A DNA stretch of 64,000 nucleotides from the human T2T-CHM13v2.0 reference genome, Homo sapiens. Location: the NCBI RefSeq assembly GCF_009914755.1, contig NC_060934.1. One strand, given 5' to 3'. The translations under genes were made by a program, and so were the position numbers. This document shows, piece by piece, positions 12,312 to 24,750 of the stretch. The notes beneath the pieces were generated by a model. It saw only the letters and a program-made list of their open reading frames with translations, had not been told where the DNA came from and did no database searches. How positions within the stretch are numbered: the first letter of the stretch is position 1; every line of letters begins with the position of its first letter.

Positions 12312-15086
12312 TAGGGGGAGACCACATGACCTGGATGACCTAGGATAGCCCTGGTTATCCTTCTGCCTCGCATCCTGTCTAGTTTAGCACTTGTTCTAGG
12401 TTTTTCACTTGTAATAAAATTGTCATTAATAACCATGACATTTAAATAATCTGGAATGCTTTTGGTAGACTGCGACTTTGACTTTTAGCTTCCAATATAG
12501 TCTTACCTAAGAGCAAGATTTTTAACATGCGCTTAGAAGTCGCACATCTTTCTTTTCATGATTCTTTCCAAATGCATCATAGCTAAATCTCTCTTTGTAA
12601 GGTAGCAGGCAGATGTTTGCTGACATAACAAAGTCTTCTCAAATGCGACTAAGGACTGCTAACTCTGTGGCTTCAGGTGTCTGTGGTAGAGGCATCGGGC
12701 TTGTTGCCCCCAGCAACCACTTGGTGTACCAGCCAGTTCTATGACCTGTGCTAAACCTGCCTGGTGCAGGAAGATACAGTACAGCAACTGGGAGAGGAGT
12801 TAGAGTAATACATGGGGCATTACTGGTTAGGAATTTGTAGAATATGTGAGGGTAATAAAAGTTCAGGCTTCCAGTTGTAGAATGCCTAGAATAGTATAAA
12901 TGCTATCACTACAGTGGTTGTGTTATTTATTGTATGGAATAAATCTACAACTGTTTATTTAGTTTGTTGTTTGGCAATGCTTATTTTTAAATAAACCTTT
13001 TTAGCAGCAGTAGCTCAAATAAACAGAAGTGCATGCTTAGAGAATTTCCAGTAGCTAAGAAAGTCAATGATAAACATGTACTTGAGCAAAATGTTTCTCT
13101 ACATTTAGCATCCTCCATGGGAACTGTAGTGAAATCACTGACCACACAAAAGCCAGAAGACCTAAATCTGCTAAAGAAACACCAGCATCTACTTAAAAAA
13201 ATCACTTGTTATTTTAGGAAACTGTGCCTAAGGATGACAAATTAATACAGCTCTGAAGTGTGACTATCAAATAATAGTTCTTTTAAATTAACTTCACTCA
13301 TTTTCTATTGCAAGTATTGTTATCCATATACAAAAAAAAAGTCAAACTGAAGTAGTTGCAAATGTCTTGGATTTATTAACAGATATCTTTGCAAACAGTT
13401 AAATGATGCCAGTTTTATATCGATGTTATCAGATGGTTTAAAGAGAAAGCCAGTTAAGGCCAATATGGGAATTTCTTCTAGTTCATGGAATCAAACTAAA
13501 AGTTTAGGGAGTTCATTCCAACGTAGGTAATGCATCTCATGGTAATTTCAACGCTACAAGAAATTTAGTTATAAGAGTTCAAAATGAATATTAAAGAGAA
13601 ACTACTTGTTTCTTTTTCACAGTTTAATACACATACAATTTTTGAATGATTCTTGTGTCATGATAAAGGCAATGTTCTTATTAAATTATGGAAGCCATGG
13701 AGCAGAAATGTAGTAACAATAGCCTGTGTACAAACATAATTCATAACTGGGTCCAAAAAGCCTTCAATAATCTACCAATAAAAAGAAAAGCTATAGTTGT
13801 CAAAATTTACAAATATGTTTAATAAAAGAACTTTGAAGAAAAACTAATGCTTATTATTAAATATATATTTTAGCCTGGTGGCCCTCGTTTCTCTCTACAA
13901 GGCTTATCCTTAATTGTTTTTAAAAATGTTGAGCTTTTACATAAATACTTGGCAAATCAATGTTAAGTGTTCCGGAATCATATATAACTTTTTTTGGGAA
14001 ACTCATTTCTAAGCATTCTCTTACCAAACTCAGTTGGGAAATTTTAATAAAATTATGCATTCCAAAGACATGCCTTCTTGAAGGTAGAGTTCCCAGAAAG
14101 ATAAGACATTAAAAATTATCCCTGCAAAAATAAAGGAAAGACTGAATGAATTAAACATGAATCCAAAGTTTGGACAACATTGAATTTTAGAATTCCATTT
14201 TGGCATTTTAGAATATCTTGACTCACTGAAAAATTATTAAAAAAAAGTTTTTCCTGGAGCTTTGTTTTTAATCGAATGAGTTTATATTGTATATTAGAAT
14301 GACATCAATTTGAGAAGGCCTAGAGTTTTGCAGTATCCTAATTTAGTGAAATATTTTAAAGAATGATAAAAGGCAATTTATTTGTTGAATTGCATCTTGT
14401 TAAAATTATTAACAAAGAAAGGTACTGTAAATTGAAGTAAAAATGTATTTATGAAAATATTTGGACTGAAACATTTGCATGTTTCAATATGAAAAGAAAA
14501 AAGAGCTGAGAATAGAGTGCACTTAGAAAAATAGATTCCAAATTGTTGCAACAATTTTAGTGAAAGTATTTTCTCAATTAAAGACATTATGGTCTATACA
14601 ATAATGTAAATGAAGAATAAATTTAAAGTATTAAAAATATGAAATTTATTATACATAAAATGCGAGTCCATACAGGTTTACAGGTAATTAAAAATAATGC
14701 CATCTTTTCAAGATTCCTTCTCCCATTACCAATGACATAATATTAGAGACAGATTTAAATTAAAAGTTGATTAACATATATGACTATCTATGAAAGATGA
14801 TTAGTTCGATGATGTTATTTTTTACATGTTCAAATGACAAAACATTTTTTGTTATTTTGCCTTTATTGCTATTATATAATGAGAGGAGATATATATTGTT
14901 TATATATTTTAGAAATAATTTTACTTTTAACATTGTTTTTGAATAGAAATATTTTATAATCTACCAACATAAGCCAATTTATTAATTAATAAACAGTTAT
15001 TTTTAAAAATGTGATACATTATTTTTGACACCCCATTTCATTCTCCAAAATATCCCAGTTTACACATTAAATCACGTGTTCACTCA
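12312..15086 (+). mobile_element. BLACKJACK-type hAT transposon fossil, near full length, transposase pseudogenised
   Basis: MER94/BLACKJACK-like ends: tagggggagaccacatgacctgg..ggatagccctggtt and accccatttcattctccaaaatatcccagttt..gtgttcactca. Colinear decayed transposase peptides KCFSTFSILHGNCSEITDH (13089-13145), QLNDASFISMLSDGLKRKPVK (13396-13458), IIHNWVQKAFNNLPIKRKAIVVKIYKY (13736-13816), SESIFS/LKTLWS (~14559-14597). Confidence 0.82.
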
Positions 15087-15443
15087 TCTGTGATAATAAT
15101 GACAGAGTGTTCTGTGAATACACACATACACACAGAGGGGCACATGTACTCTCAACAAATAATAGGATTTTTTAAAATAACGTATTTTCACCTTCACCTA
15201 ATCTTAGTCAACAGATTCTAAGTGCTTCTTTTCTTTAAATTTTTATTTTGTAATGTTAAGAACATTTAACATGATACCTACCCTCTTAGTATATTTCTAA
15301 ATGTTGACTAGTGGTACACTGTTGTACAGCAGTTCTCTAGAGCTTATTCTTCTTGCTTATTGATTACTAATTTCTCATTTCCTCCTTCTCCTAGCCCCTG
15401 GAAACCACTATTTCACAATTCAATTCTATAAATTTGATTATTC

Positions 15444-15705
15444 TTTTTTTATGAATATATAACATTTGTTCATATTTAAGGAGTATATGTGATACTTTGA
15501 TATAAGGATACAATGGGCAAGGATCAAATCACTGTAATTAGGATATCCATCGCCTGAAGCATTTATCATTTCTTTGTATTAGGAACATTATTCTACTCTT
15601 TTAGTTATTTTGAAATATACAATAAATTATTGTTAACTAATGTTGCCCTATTATGCTACCAAACACTAGCTCTTGTTTCTTCTATCTGACTATATGTTTG
15701 TAACC
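15444..15705 (-). mobile_element. Second L1MA (MA4/5-like) 3' end nested in the L1MA9-like copy
   Basis: ggatcaaatcactgtaattaggatatccatcgcctgaagcatttatcatttctttgtattaggaaca; host text resumes as ttttagacacctcatataagtg. Confidence 0.75.
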
Positions 15706-15830
15706 ATTTTAGACACCTCATATAAGTGAAATCATGCAGTGTTTGTCTTTCTGACTTACTTCACTTAGCATAAGGTTCATCCAAGTTATGGCATGTTGCA
15801 GATTTCTTTCTTAAGGTTGAATAGTAATCC

Positions 15831-16100
15831 ATTGTACTATATATATAGTACAATACATATATAGTACTATACAATGGATTACTATATATCTATTACTATA
15901 CAATGGATTACTATATATATAGTACTCTCTATATATAGTACTATATACATCTATATGTATATAGTACTATACATATAGTACTATATATGTATATGTATAT
16001 AGTACTATATATGTATATATGTATATAGTACTATATATGTATATATGTATATAGTACTATATAGAGAGAGTACTATATATATATGCATATATGTATATAT
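15831..16100. repeat. Palindromic TA-rich low-complexity expansion
   Basis: Repeated tatatagtactatata units plus inverted copies of flanking sequence. Confidence 0.95.
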
Positions 16101-16995
16101 CTCTCATTTTTTTAATCTATGAAAATTTAAGTTATTTCCCCCTCTTGACTATTGTGAATAGTGTTGCAATGCACATAGAAGTGCTACTATCTCTTCAAGA
16201 TCCTGATCTCAGTACTTTTGGATAAAATCCCAGTAGTAGAGTTGCCAGATTATGGTAGTCCTATTTTTTCTTTTTTGAGAAACCTCCAAATTTTTTCCAT
16301 TGATGCCGCACCACTTTGCATTTCCATGAACGGTATGCAAGGGTTCCAATTTCCAATTTTTCTCCTTCCTTGCCAACACATGTTATTTTCTGGGGTTTTG
16401 TTTGCTCTTTTTTTTTTTAATAATGGCTACCCTAACAGGTATAAAATGACATTTCGCTGTGTTTTTGATTTGTTATTCTCTAATGATTAGAATGTTGAAC
16501 ATTTTTACATATACCTGTTGGCTATTTGTATATCTTTTTTTTTTTTCGAGAAATGTATATCAAGACCTTAGCTCATTCCTGAGTTGGCTTATTGTTTGTT
16601 TGTTTTCTATTGAGATGTAGGAATTCCTTACATGTTTGGGGGTCTAACATATATGGTTTGCAAATAATTTTCTCCCATTCTGTAGGTTGACTTTTCATTG
16701 CTGATCATTTCTTTTGCTGTACTGGAGCTTCATAGTTTGATGTAATACCACTTGTTTGCTTTTTATTACCTGTGCTTTTGGTATTATATCTGTGAAAATA
16801 CTGGCAAAAACAATGTCATGAAGTATTTCCCCTAAGTTTTCTTTTAGAAGTTTTACAGTTTCAGACCTCAAATTTATGTTGATAATCCGTTTTGATTTTT
16901 TTTTTGCATATGGTATAAGATAAAGGTCCAATTTCCTTCTTTTGCATGGGAATTATCCATTTTTTCCAACACTATTTGTTAAAAAGAATGTATTT

Positions 16996-18279
16996 CTCTT
17001 TCAACAAAGTAGGAATAGAAGAAAATTACTTCAACATAATGAAGGCCATATATGAAAAGTTTACAGCTACCATTATACTCAATGGTGAAAAACAGAAAAA
17101 GCTTTTCCTCTATGATCAGGACCAAAGTAAGGATACGTATCATCACCATTTCTATACAACAAAGAGGAGAAGTCTTAAAAAGAGCACCTAGGACAGACAA
17201 AGAAATGAAAGGCATCCAAACAGGAAGGGAAGATGTAAAATTGTGCCTGTTGCAGACAACATGATCTTATATATGGAAAACCCTGAAGGCTCCATTTAAA
17301 ACAATAAGAAGAACAACAACAAAATGTTAGAACTAATAAATGAATTCAGCAAAGTTGTAAGATAAAAAACCATATCCAAAAATTAGTTGCATTTCTATAG
17401 ACTAACAACAAACTATCTGAAAAGAAAATTAGGAAAACAATCCCAAATATTGTAAAACCATTTACAATAGCACAAAAATAATAAAATCTTAGGAATAAAC
17501 TTAACTAAGAAGGTAAATTACTTGTATATTTAAAACTATAAAAATCATGAATTAAACGAGACACACAGAAATGGAAAGGTATTTTGTTTTCATGGAAAAC
17601 AATATTGTTAAGACATCCATACTACTACCCAAAGCAATCTACAAATTCAATGCAATCTGCATCAAAATCTCAGTGGTATTTTCTACCAGTAATAGAAAAA
17701 TCCATTTTGTTTTTTTTTTTTGAGACAGAGTATCGCTGTATTGCCCAGGCTGGAGGGCAGTGATGCACAATCTTGGCTCGCTGCAACCTCCGCGCTCCCG
17801 GGTTGAAGCTATTCTCCTGCCTCAGCTTCCGAACTAGCTGAGACTACAGGCACATGCCACTACACCTGGCTAATTTTTATATTTTTAGTAGAAGCAGGGT
17901 TTCACCATATTGGCCAGGCTGGTCTCCAATTCCTGACCTCAGGTGATCCACCCACCTCAGCCTCCCAAAGTGCTGGGATTACAGGTGTGAGCCACTGGGC
18001 CCGGCCAGAAAAAATTTTAAAATGCATATGGAATCACACAAAATAATCAAATAGCCAAATCAATCTTGAGAAAAAAGAACAAAGCCAGAGGCATCACACT
18101 TTCTGATTTCAAAATATTTTACAAAACTACAGTAATCAAAAGAGTGTGGTACTGACATAATGACATGTAGGCCAATGAAACAGAACAGAGAGCCCAGAAA
18201 TAAATCCATGTATATGTAGTTGACTGATCTGGGACAAGAATGCTAAAAATACACAATGGAGAAAGGATAGTCTCTTCAA
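16996..18279 (+). mobile_element. L1 ORF2 segment, inverted 5' half of the 15230-18279 L1
   Basis: FNKVGIEENYFNIMKAIYEKFTATIILNGEK (ORF 16946-17191) and ttgcagacaacatgatcttatat (FADDM region); ends at acacaatggagaaaggatagtctcttcaa. Confidence 0.9.
17705..18006 (-). mobile_element. AluS (Sx-like)
   Basis: Poly-T head, full dimer, ctgacctcaggtgatcc, ends ccggcc. Confidence 0.96.
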
Positions 18280-18300
18280 ATGTCTTCCATCATTAATTTA

Positions 18301-18596
<296 letters not shown>

Positions 18597-20419
18597 TTCT
18601 GAGAAGGTCCCACACCTCATGGAAAACTTAGCCATACGAGATACAGTCCTTATATCAAAGCATAATCTAGTGAGGAAAATTATATACACACACTATATAT
18701 TTGCACACAAATATATATGTAATTTAATCACAGTGGGCTAACTGTCATGTCGGAAATCTGTGCTGGATGTAGATATTACACAGGTAATAGAATTAGCCCA
18801 GAACACTTTATTTACGGAGCATCTCATGGAACTGGAGTGCTACCAAACACATTTTTGGAAATCCCACTCTCTATAGAAGAAAATATTTAAAGGGTTTTTG
18901 GTAAGTGAACATAAATCAGAATTTTCTATTTTGAGATATATAGGAGTTGGATTGGAAGGTTGTAGAATCTCTGAGTTGTCCAAATAAATTTAGATGACTG
19001 CCGCTAGAGAAAAACTGCCTTTGTCGGGAAAGAAATGATAAAGGGCTGGAATTGTTTTACATTTAGTCACACTAATAGGGATGCAGAGAGCCTGAGAACC
19101 TGCATATGAGAGATCACAGATTTTGAAAAGAGCCAGAGCTTGGGATGATTGCCCATATAAAAATGCTTAAATGTCTTAAACATAATTTGAGTGGAATTAT
19201 TTATATTTCAAGATTAACATACTGCTTGATACAAGTTGCCTGCACATTTTCCTTTAAGTAATGGGCTAATGGGCTCTGCGTCTCTTTGCCTAAATTAAAT
19301 GTAGTTTGCAACAATTCAAAATGCAAATATTTTTTAAAGTAGTCTTTTTTTTTTTTTTTTGACTGGCATTCACAAAAGCTACAGCACTCTTGTATTAGCA
19401 GGTAAAATCTGGACCTTATTTCATCCTGGACAATCCTTAAGCTGAGATATTCGCCAAATGGCATTATATCTGCTTTGTAAATGTTGATCTCAGGCTCCAC
19501 TTATTTTAGCCGCTGGGTGTGGTTTGTCCCAGAGTCTCCTGTGAGCTTATTTTGCTAAGCAATCAGTTACACTCTAATAATTGATCAGCCTTTCTGTGTT
19601 CTTTACAAAGCAGACCTATCACTCAGCAAGATTTTTTAACACTATTTTCATGAAGTCTGGATCTACTGAGGATTTGATGGATTCAAGAAGACAAACTAAA
19701 TGACTTTTTGGCTACCTCAGGATAGACAGGGGACAAGAAGAAAGCAAAAAGCAAAAAAGGAAAACAAGAATCAAATCATTTTCCATTAGACATGAATGGC
19801 TCAAACTAGTGCTCTCTCCCTTATAAGAATTAAATTTGTTTTACTCGCATAGAGTTAGGGGTCAGAATTTCTCTATTTTACAAACAGCATATTTTCCCTT
19901 TTGCTTTTGCACTTTAAGAACTTATATGTGGGGGATGGGGAATTGAGGTGTCTGATTTGTTAGTTGAAGGTTATGGTAATTTTTTTTGTTTGCTCGTACT
20001 CATTTTACAAGTGGTTAAAACTTTGGTGATCGACATGAAGACCCATTTTCTTCTCTTGCTTGGACTCAGAGATAACAGATTTGTGCTTAATTCCCAGCCA
20101 AGAAATTGGATGGAATGAATTACCATGTTGTAGTAAAGACTTTGTAATCTGGAGACCTTGTGATTATTAATTCAGAGGGGATTCATCAGGGTCTACCTCT
20201 GTTGGCTGATTAATCAGAGGATGACATCAAGGTAACTGGGATATTGTTTGGGCCTCAAGGGTTCTTATAGTGCAAATTATTAAATAATTTTTATTATTAA
20301 ATATTTTTATTATTAAATTGATTTTATTATTAAATTATTAGATGCACTAAATGAAGAATGAGGATTTATTAACTTATTATTAAAGATATTCTGACCAAAA
20401 AAGATAAGTTGACATGAAT

Positions 20420-20640
20420 AAGCAAGCACTCTAAACTTGGAGAAAGTAGGTTTAGGAAAAACTTGAGGACCCAAGACTGATTGACAGCATGACACTGAAA
20501 ATCTTCTGAGTTTCTGGTTACTCACTGTAAAATGCATGTAATGTTCACCTCATGGGTTTTTGTGAAAATTTAGTGATATGCAGAATCTAGACGTGGTCTG
20601 TAAGCTACACTTGCAATTAAATATAAAATATTATTATTTT
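20420..20640 (+). mobile_element. MIR remnant
   Basis: ctcactgtaaaatg..atgttcacctcatgggtttttgtgaaaatttagtgata (MIR core-like). Confidence 0.6.
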
Positions 20641-21529
20641 TATTTAAGTTATAATTGCCTTTTGAAGAATTTCCTTAGGTCAATTCATTTACAAATGGTA
20701 ACATTTAAATTATGATATGCCTTGCCTACATTTTCATGGAATGAACAGGGTATTAAAAAATGTTCTACATATCAAACCCTCCAAAACAAATTAGCAAGTA
20801 TGATCAAGTATTATGTAGATGGTTAGGGGCTTGCAGGACAATGGTGACTTTCGCACCTTTGTTTTTATTGAGTTGTAAATTGGGACCCCTTTTGTTTATT
20901 ACATGATCATCCATCTTAGTAACTGGCCTTGCCTTGCACCTTTAATAGAGTTTGATAAGAGTCAGTTAGATTTATAAGCAATGACTTTACACCTAAGGGT
21001 GGGATATGAAACTCCTGGACTATTAGTGAGCAAAAGATATTTTAAATTACATAAAAGTGTTATACAGCCTTCAAGTAAGAAAATAAACATTTCTAGGTTA
21101 TTCAAACATTTTTTAACATAATTTTTGAGGGGGTATAATTTTAGATTTACAAAACTTTATACCTTCAATTTTTGTTTTTAAAATAATGGTATTAATATAT
21201 CCTATGGCTTTGGACAAATAGATTTACCACTTGACCTCAGTTTCTGGTTCCATAAATCAAGGGGTTTAGACTGAGTGAGTATGAAAATCTCTTCTAATTA
21301 GAACTTCGTTGACCCCATTATTAATAGTTATTTAATGAACTGATGTTGGAAAATGAGAAGCAGCAGTGTTGCTGCCTCAGATTTGGGCAGGGTTCTCTTG
21401 ATGTTGGCAGTGTTGTTAATATGGCAACACATTCCCTGTTCATTCATATAGGTCACCAGGAATTTATGAGGAAAGAATGCAAATTTTTTGAGGACCAAGT
21501 GAGTTCCAGAGACCTTCAAACAATGAGAC

Positions 21530-21750
21530 TAATAATAGTGAACAGTCATTGAGAGGTCTCTGTGCCCCAGATGTGTACCTTACCTCATTTGATAGTCACA
21601 ACATTCTAGCAAAAGCTCAGTTTATCACCCTACATTTTCAATTGAAATTAAACCGGGTTAAGTGATTTTCCCAGGCAGAAAGTGACTGAGCCAGAATTTG
21701 AATCTGTAGTGTCCTGGATTCAGAATGTGAACTATTCACCTTTACAACAT
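21530..21750 (-). mobile_element. MIR remnant
   Basis: ctcatttgatagtcacaac..gggttaagtgattttcccagg..gagccagaatttgaatct. Confidence 0.7.
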
Positions 21751-23061
21751 TCTGCCTATTTCTAGCTGCAGTTTCTATCCTAAATAAATCATTTCTGATT
21801 GTATTATATCTTGATTACACATTTCAACTAGAAATTTAGTTAAACACAAAACAAAACAAAACAGCAACTCAGTAATTAAGACCAGAGTTCTGTCTGCTTT
21901 TCCTTTTAAAATATCTTACCATGATATAATCAGACTCTAATGCTACATGGTTATTAAGGAAATTTTTCTGTTATCAGTTTTTTTGTGTGTGTAGGAGTAC
22001 TTGATTGTTCCATTTATTGCAATCTATGTTCCATACCTAAGATGGCAAAACCCTAACTCTACAACAGTAGCCAAGCAGACACTCTGAAAAGTACGAAATG
22101 AATTTGAGATTCTACAAAGAATCTCCACATTTTTTTTCACCAGAAAAAAAAAATTGTTTTCTCACAAGGTTCTGCTAACAGAAATATCTGAGATAACAGA
22201 ATCAGTAAACTATTACCTTCGAGGCCAAAATACATTCTAAATAAGTTATGTTACTGTTGTCCAAACCATGTATTAATAGGTAGAGGAACTATACTCTAGG
22301 TAAGTGGGAAGAAGGATCACCAAACATTGAAGTTTGGAGGGCAGCAGGCAGATGGGGAAGAGGTTGTCTCTACAGCCTCAGAAGTGCAATTTATCTTCAT
22401 GACATCAGTTAGATCTTCATTGCTCAGGTCCCAAACCTTGACCTAATACCCTGAGAGGGCTTCATCCCGCAAGATTGGATTTACTCTATTTACAAGAGAA
22501 ACTGGTGTATAATTCACAGCAACTTAATACATTTGCAATTGAAACTATAGTGATACAGCCAACTGGACAGCTCATTGTCTCCATTTAGAGCAATAGTTCA
22601 TACCTGTAACACTGCCTGAAAAGAGCTTCCACAGACAGGAAACACTCCCGGTAATGAAGAATGTCTGCATGGACTGCATGATAAGGGTTTTGTGCAATTG
22701 TTAAAGCATGAGCTCTAACTTTACCTCTTCTGTCTTAAGGATTCTTTAACATAGCACCGTGGCTTTACCCCTGCTACAGAGAATTCTATAGGAAAATCCC
22801 ATTGTAATCAAAGGATTGCTTTGTGATTATTGAGATGCTAACAGATGATTTTGTCATTTATTTGTATTTTATGTAATCAGCTAATGATATTTACATACAT
22901 CTTTCTCTATGTCTACTGTGCCAGGGACATGAATGCTAAGTCAGGACAACCATACCTCTGAGGACAGTCCTTGGATGATATCTGCAAAAATTGCCTCTGT
23001 AATTATTATGATTTTTTTCAATCTAAGATCCATTGTTAACCAGCTCCCATCTTGACTGCCG

Positions 23062-23372
23062 TTTTTTTTTGTTTTTGTTTTTGTTTTTGTTTTTAATGGA
23101 GTCTCGCTTTGTCCCCCAGGCTGGAGTGCAGTGGCGGGATCTCGTCTCATTGCAACCTCCACCTCCTGGGTTCAAGCAATTGTCTGCCTCAGCCTCCCGA
23201 GTAGCTGGGATTACAGGTGCTTGCCACCACGGCCAGCTAATTTTTTTGTATTTTAGTAGAGACAGGGTTTCACCATCTTGACCAGGCTGGTCTTGAGCTC
23301 CTGCCCTCGTGATCCACCCACCTTGGCCTCGCAAAGTGCTGGGATTACAGGCGTGAGCCACCGCACCCAGCC
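23062..23372 (-). mobile_element. AluS (Sg-like) with (TTTTTG)n tail
   Basis: Full dimer; TSD actgccgttttttt on both sides (~23055 and ~23377). Confidence 0.96.
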
Positions 23373-23719
23373 GTTTACTGCCGTTTTTTTATATTAATAT
23401 AATCAACTACTTTTGACTAAGTCAGGTAACTGGTCTCCCTTTGTAGAGAAACTTTGAAAACATCTTTTCTCATTTATTTTGCTCTTACTCCAATTTTGCT
23501 CTAAGAAGACAAACACATTTTCCTTATTTTGAACTTGGCAGTAGGAGAAGTGGACTGCTGTTGCTGCTTTGTTTTTTTCAGCTTGCTATTTTCCATAGCC
23601 GTGCTGTAATTAATAATCTTTTGTAGTCAATAGTTTCTAACTATTCAGTTATCCCAGTTATCCATGGGATTCTTAAAAAAAAAAAAATTGTCCCAATATG
23701 CTTTAGAACTGAACTGCAC

Positions 23720-23985
23720 TTCCTGCCTGCCTGTCTGCCTTCCAGTGTTGTGCTTTTCCATCTCTCTCTCCCTTCTTCTGTTTTCTCTTCTTTCTCTTTT
23801 TTTCCCTTCCTAAGTTCTTCCCTTCCTTCTTTCTTTGAGAATAATTCAGGCCAAAAGATGTTTTGGGGGGTCAGACAAATTAGGTAGTGAGTGTGTATGT
23901 GTGCATGTGTGAGTGTGTGTAAAGATGTGAGTGGGGATGTGTTTGTGTGTGTGTGTGAAAGGGTGTGAGTGTGAGTTTGTGAATG
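23720..23985. repeat. CT-rich then TG-rich low-complexity tract
   Basis: Pyrimidine tract 23720-23835 and gtgtgt-rich tract 23885-23985; source of the HTHT ORFs. Confidence 0.85.
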
Positions 23986-24284
23986 TTGGATGGCAGGCAG
24001 ACAGTATGCAGCCTGGAGTGTTGGAGCCCAGGTGGAGTAAGGGGACATCCACCCAGGGAAGGGCGGAGAGGGAAGTAGTCAGTTGCCAGCAAGATGAGAT
24101 GGAAAAGTGATGGAGGGATTAATCCAATATATAAAGATATGGAGTATAATGGAAGCCAGTTTTCTCACTATTGGAGAAAAGATTGACAGCATATGGAAAT
24201 AGAAAACATTAGAATAAGAGTTATAATTTTGGCTTGAGATTGAAGGTATCAGTGTAAATCACAATTAAACTGAAAGATACATTA

Positions 24285-24628
24285 GATATGTTGACGTTCT
24301 AACCCCCAGTACCTCAGGATGTGACTATCTTTAGAGATAAGGCCTTTAAAGATGTTTTAAGGTTAAGTGAGGTCATTAAGGTGTGTCCTAATCCAATATG
24401 ACTGATGTCCTTGTAAGAGGAAATTTGAACACGCAAAGAGAGATGGCGGGTACACATGTGCAGAAGAAAGGACTTCTGCAAGCCAAGGAGTGAATTTCCA
24501 GGAAAATCAACCCTGCTGTCACCTTGATCTCAGACTTCCAGCCTTCAGATCCATGAGCAAATAAATTTCTATTCTTTAAGCTACTCAGTCACTGGTATTT
24601 TCTTAGGATAGCCCTAGCAAACTAATAC
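24285..24628 (+). mobile_element. MLT1B-like MaLR LTR
   Basis: ctaacccccagtacctcaggatgtgact..gtcctaatccaatatgactgatgtcctt..caccttgatctcagacttccagcc..gccctagcaaactaatac. Confidence 0.88.
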
Positions 24629-24750
24629 TTATTGGTAGATATAAATATGAAAATAAAAATGAATGTCAATATGAGTAGAAATAAATTTAGATATAAATAC
24701 GCATGCATATACGTATATGTATATCTGTATGTAAATATATATACTCATCT

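Larger units (their letters stand above)
15230..16998 (-). mobile_element. L1MA-type (L1MA9-like) 3' segment, non-inverted half of a 5'-inverted L1
   Basis: 3' end aagaacatttaacatgatacctaccctcttag..gtacagcagttctctagagc; ORF 16695-16931 DLYLIPYAK..INLRSETVKLLKENLGEILHDI resembles L1 ORF2. Confidence 0.88.

Noticed and set aside
13033-13245. 70-aa ORF as a possible domesticated transposase
   Set aside because: Mostly out of frame with the transposase motifs; the element has many stops and frameshifts.
15860-16080. Regularly recurring palindromic units superficially like a CRISPR array
   Set aside because: Eukaryotic low-complexity TA repeat with no unique spacers and no cas genes.
20274-20340. 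(ttttattattaaa) x3 AT-rich tandem repeat
   Set aside because: Ordinary low-complexity slippage product.
22941-23361. ORFs with AHACNPSTL / GVQWRDL motifs (also at 4757, 26084-26684, 29165-29458)
   Set aside because: Standard Alu translations, not genes.
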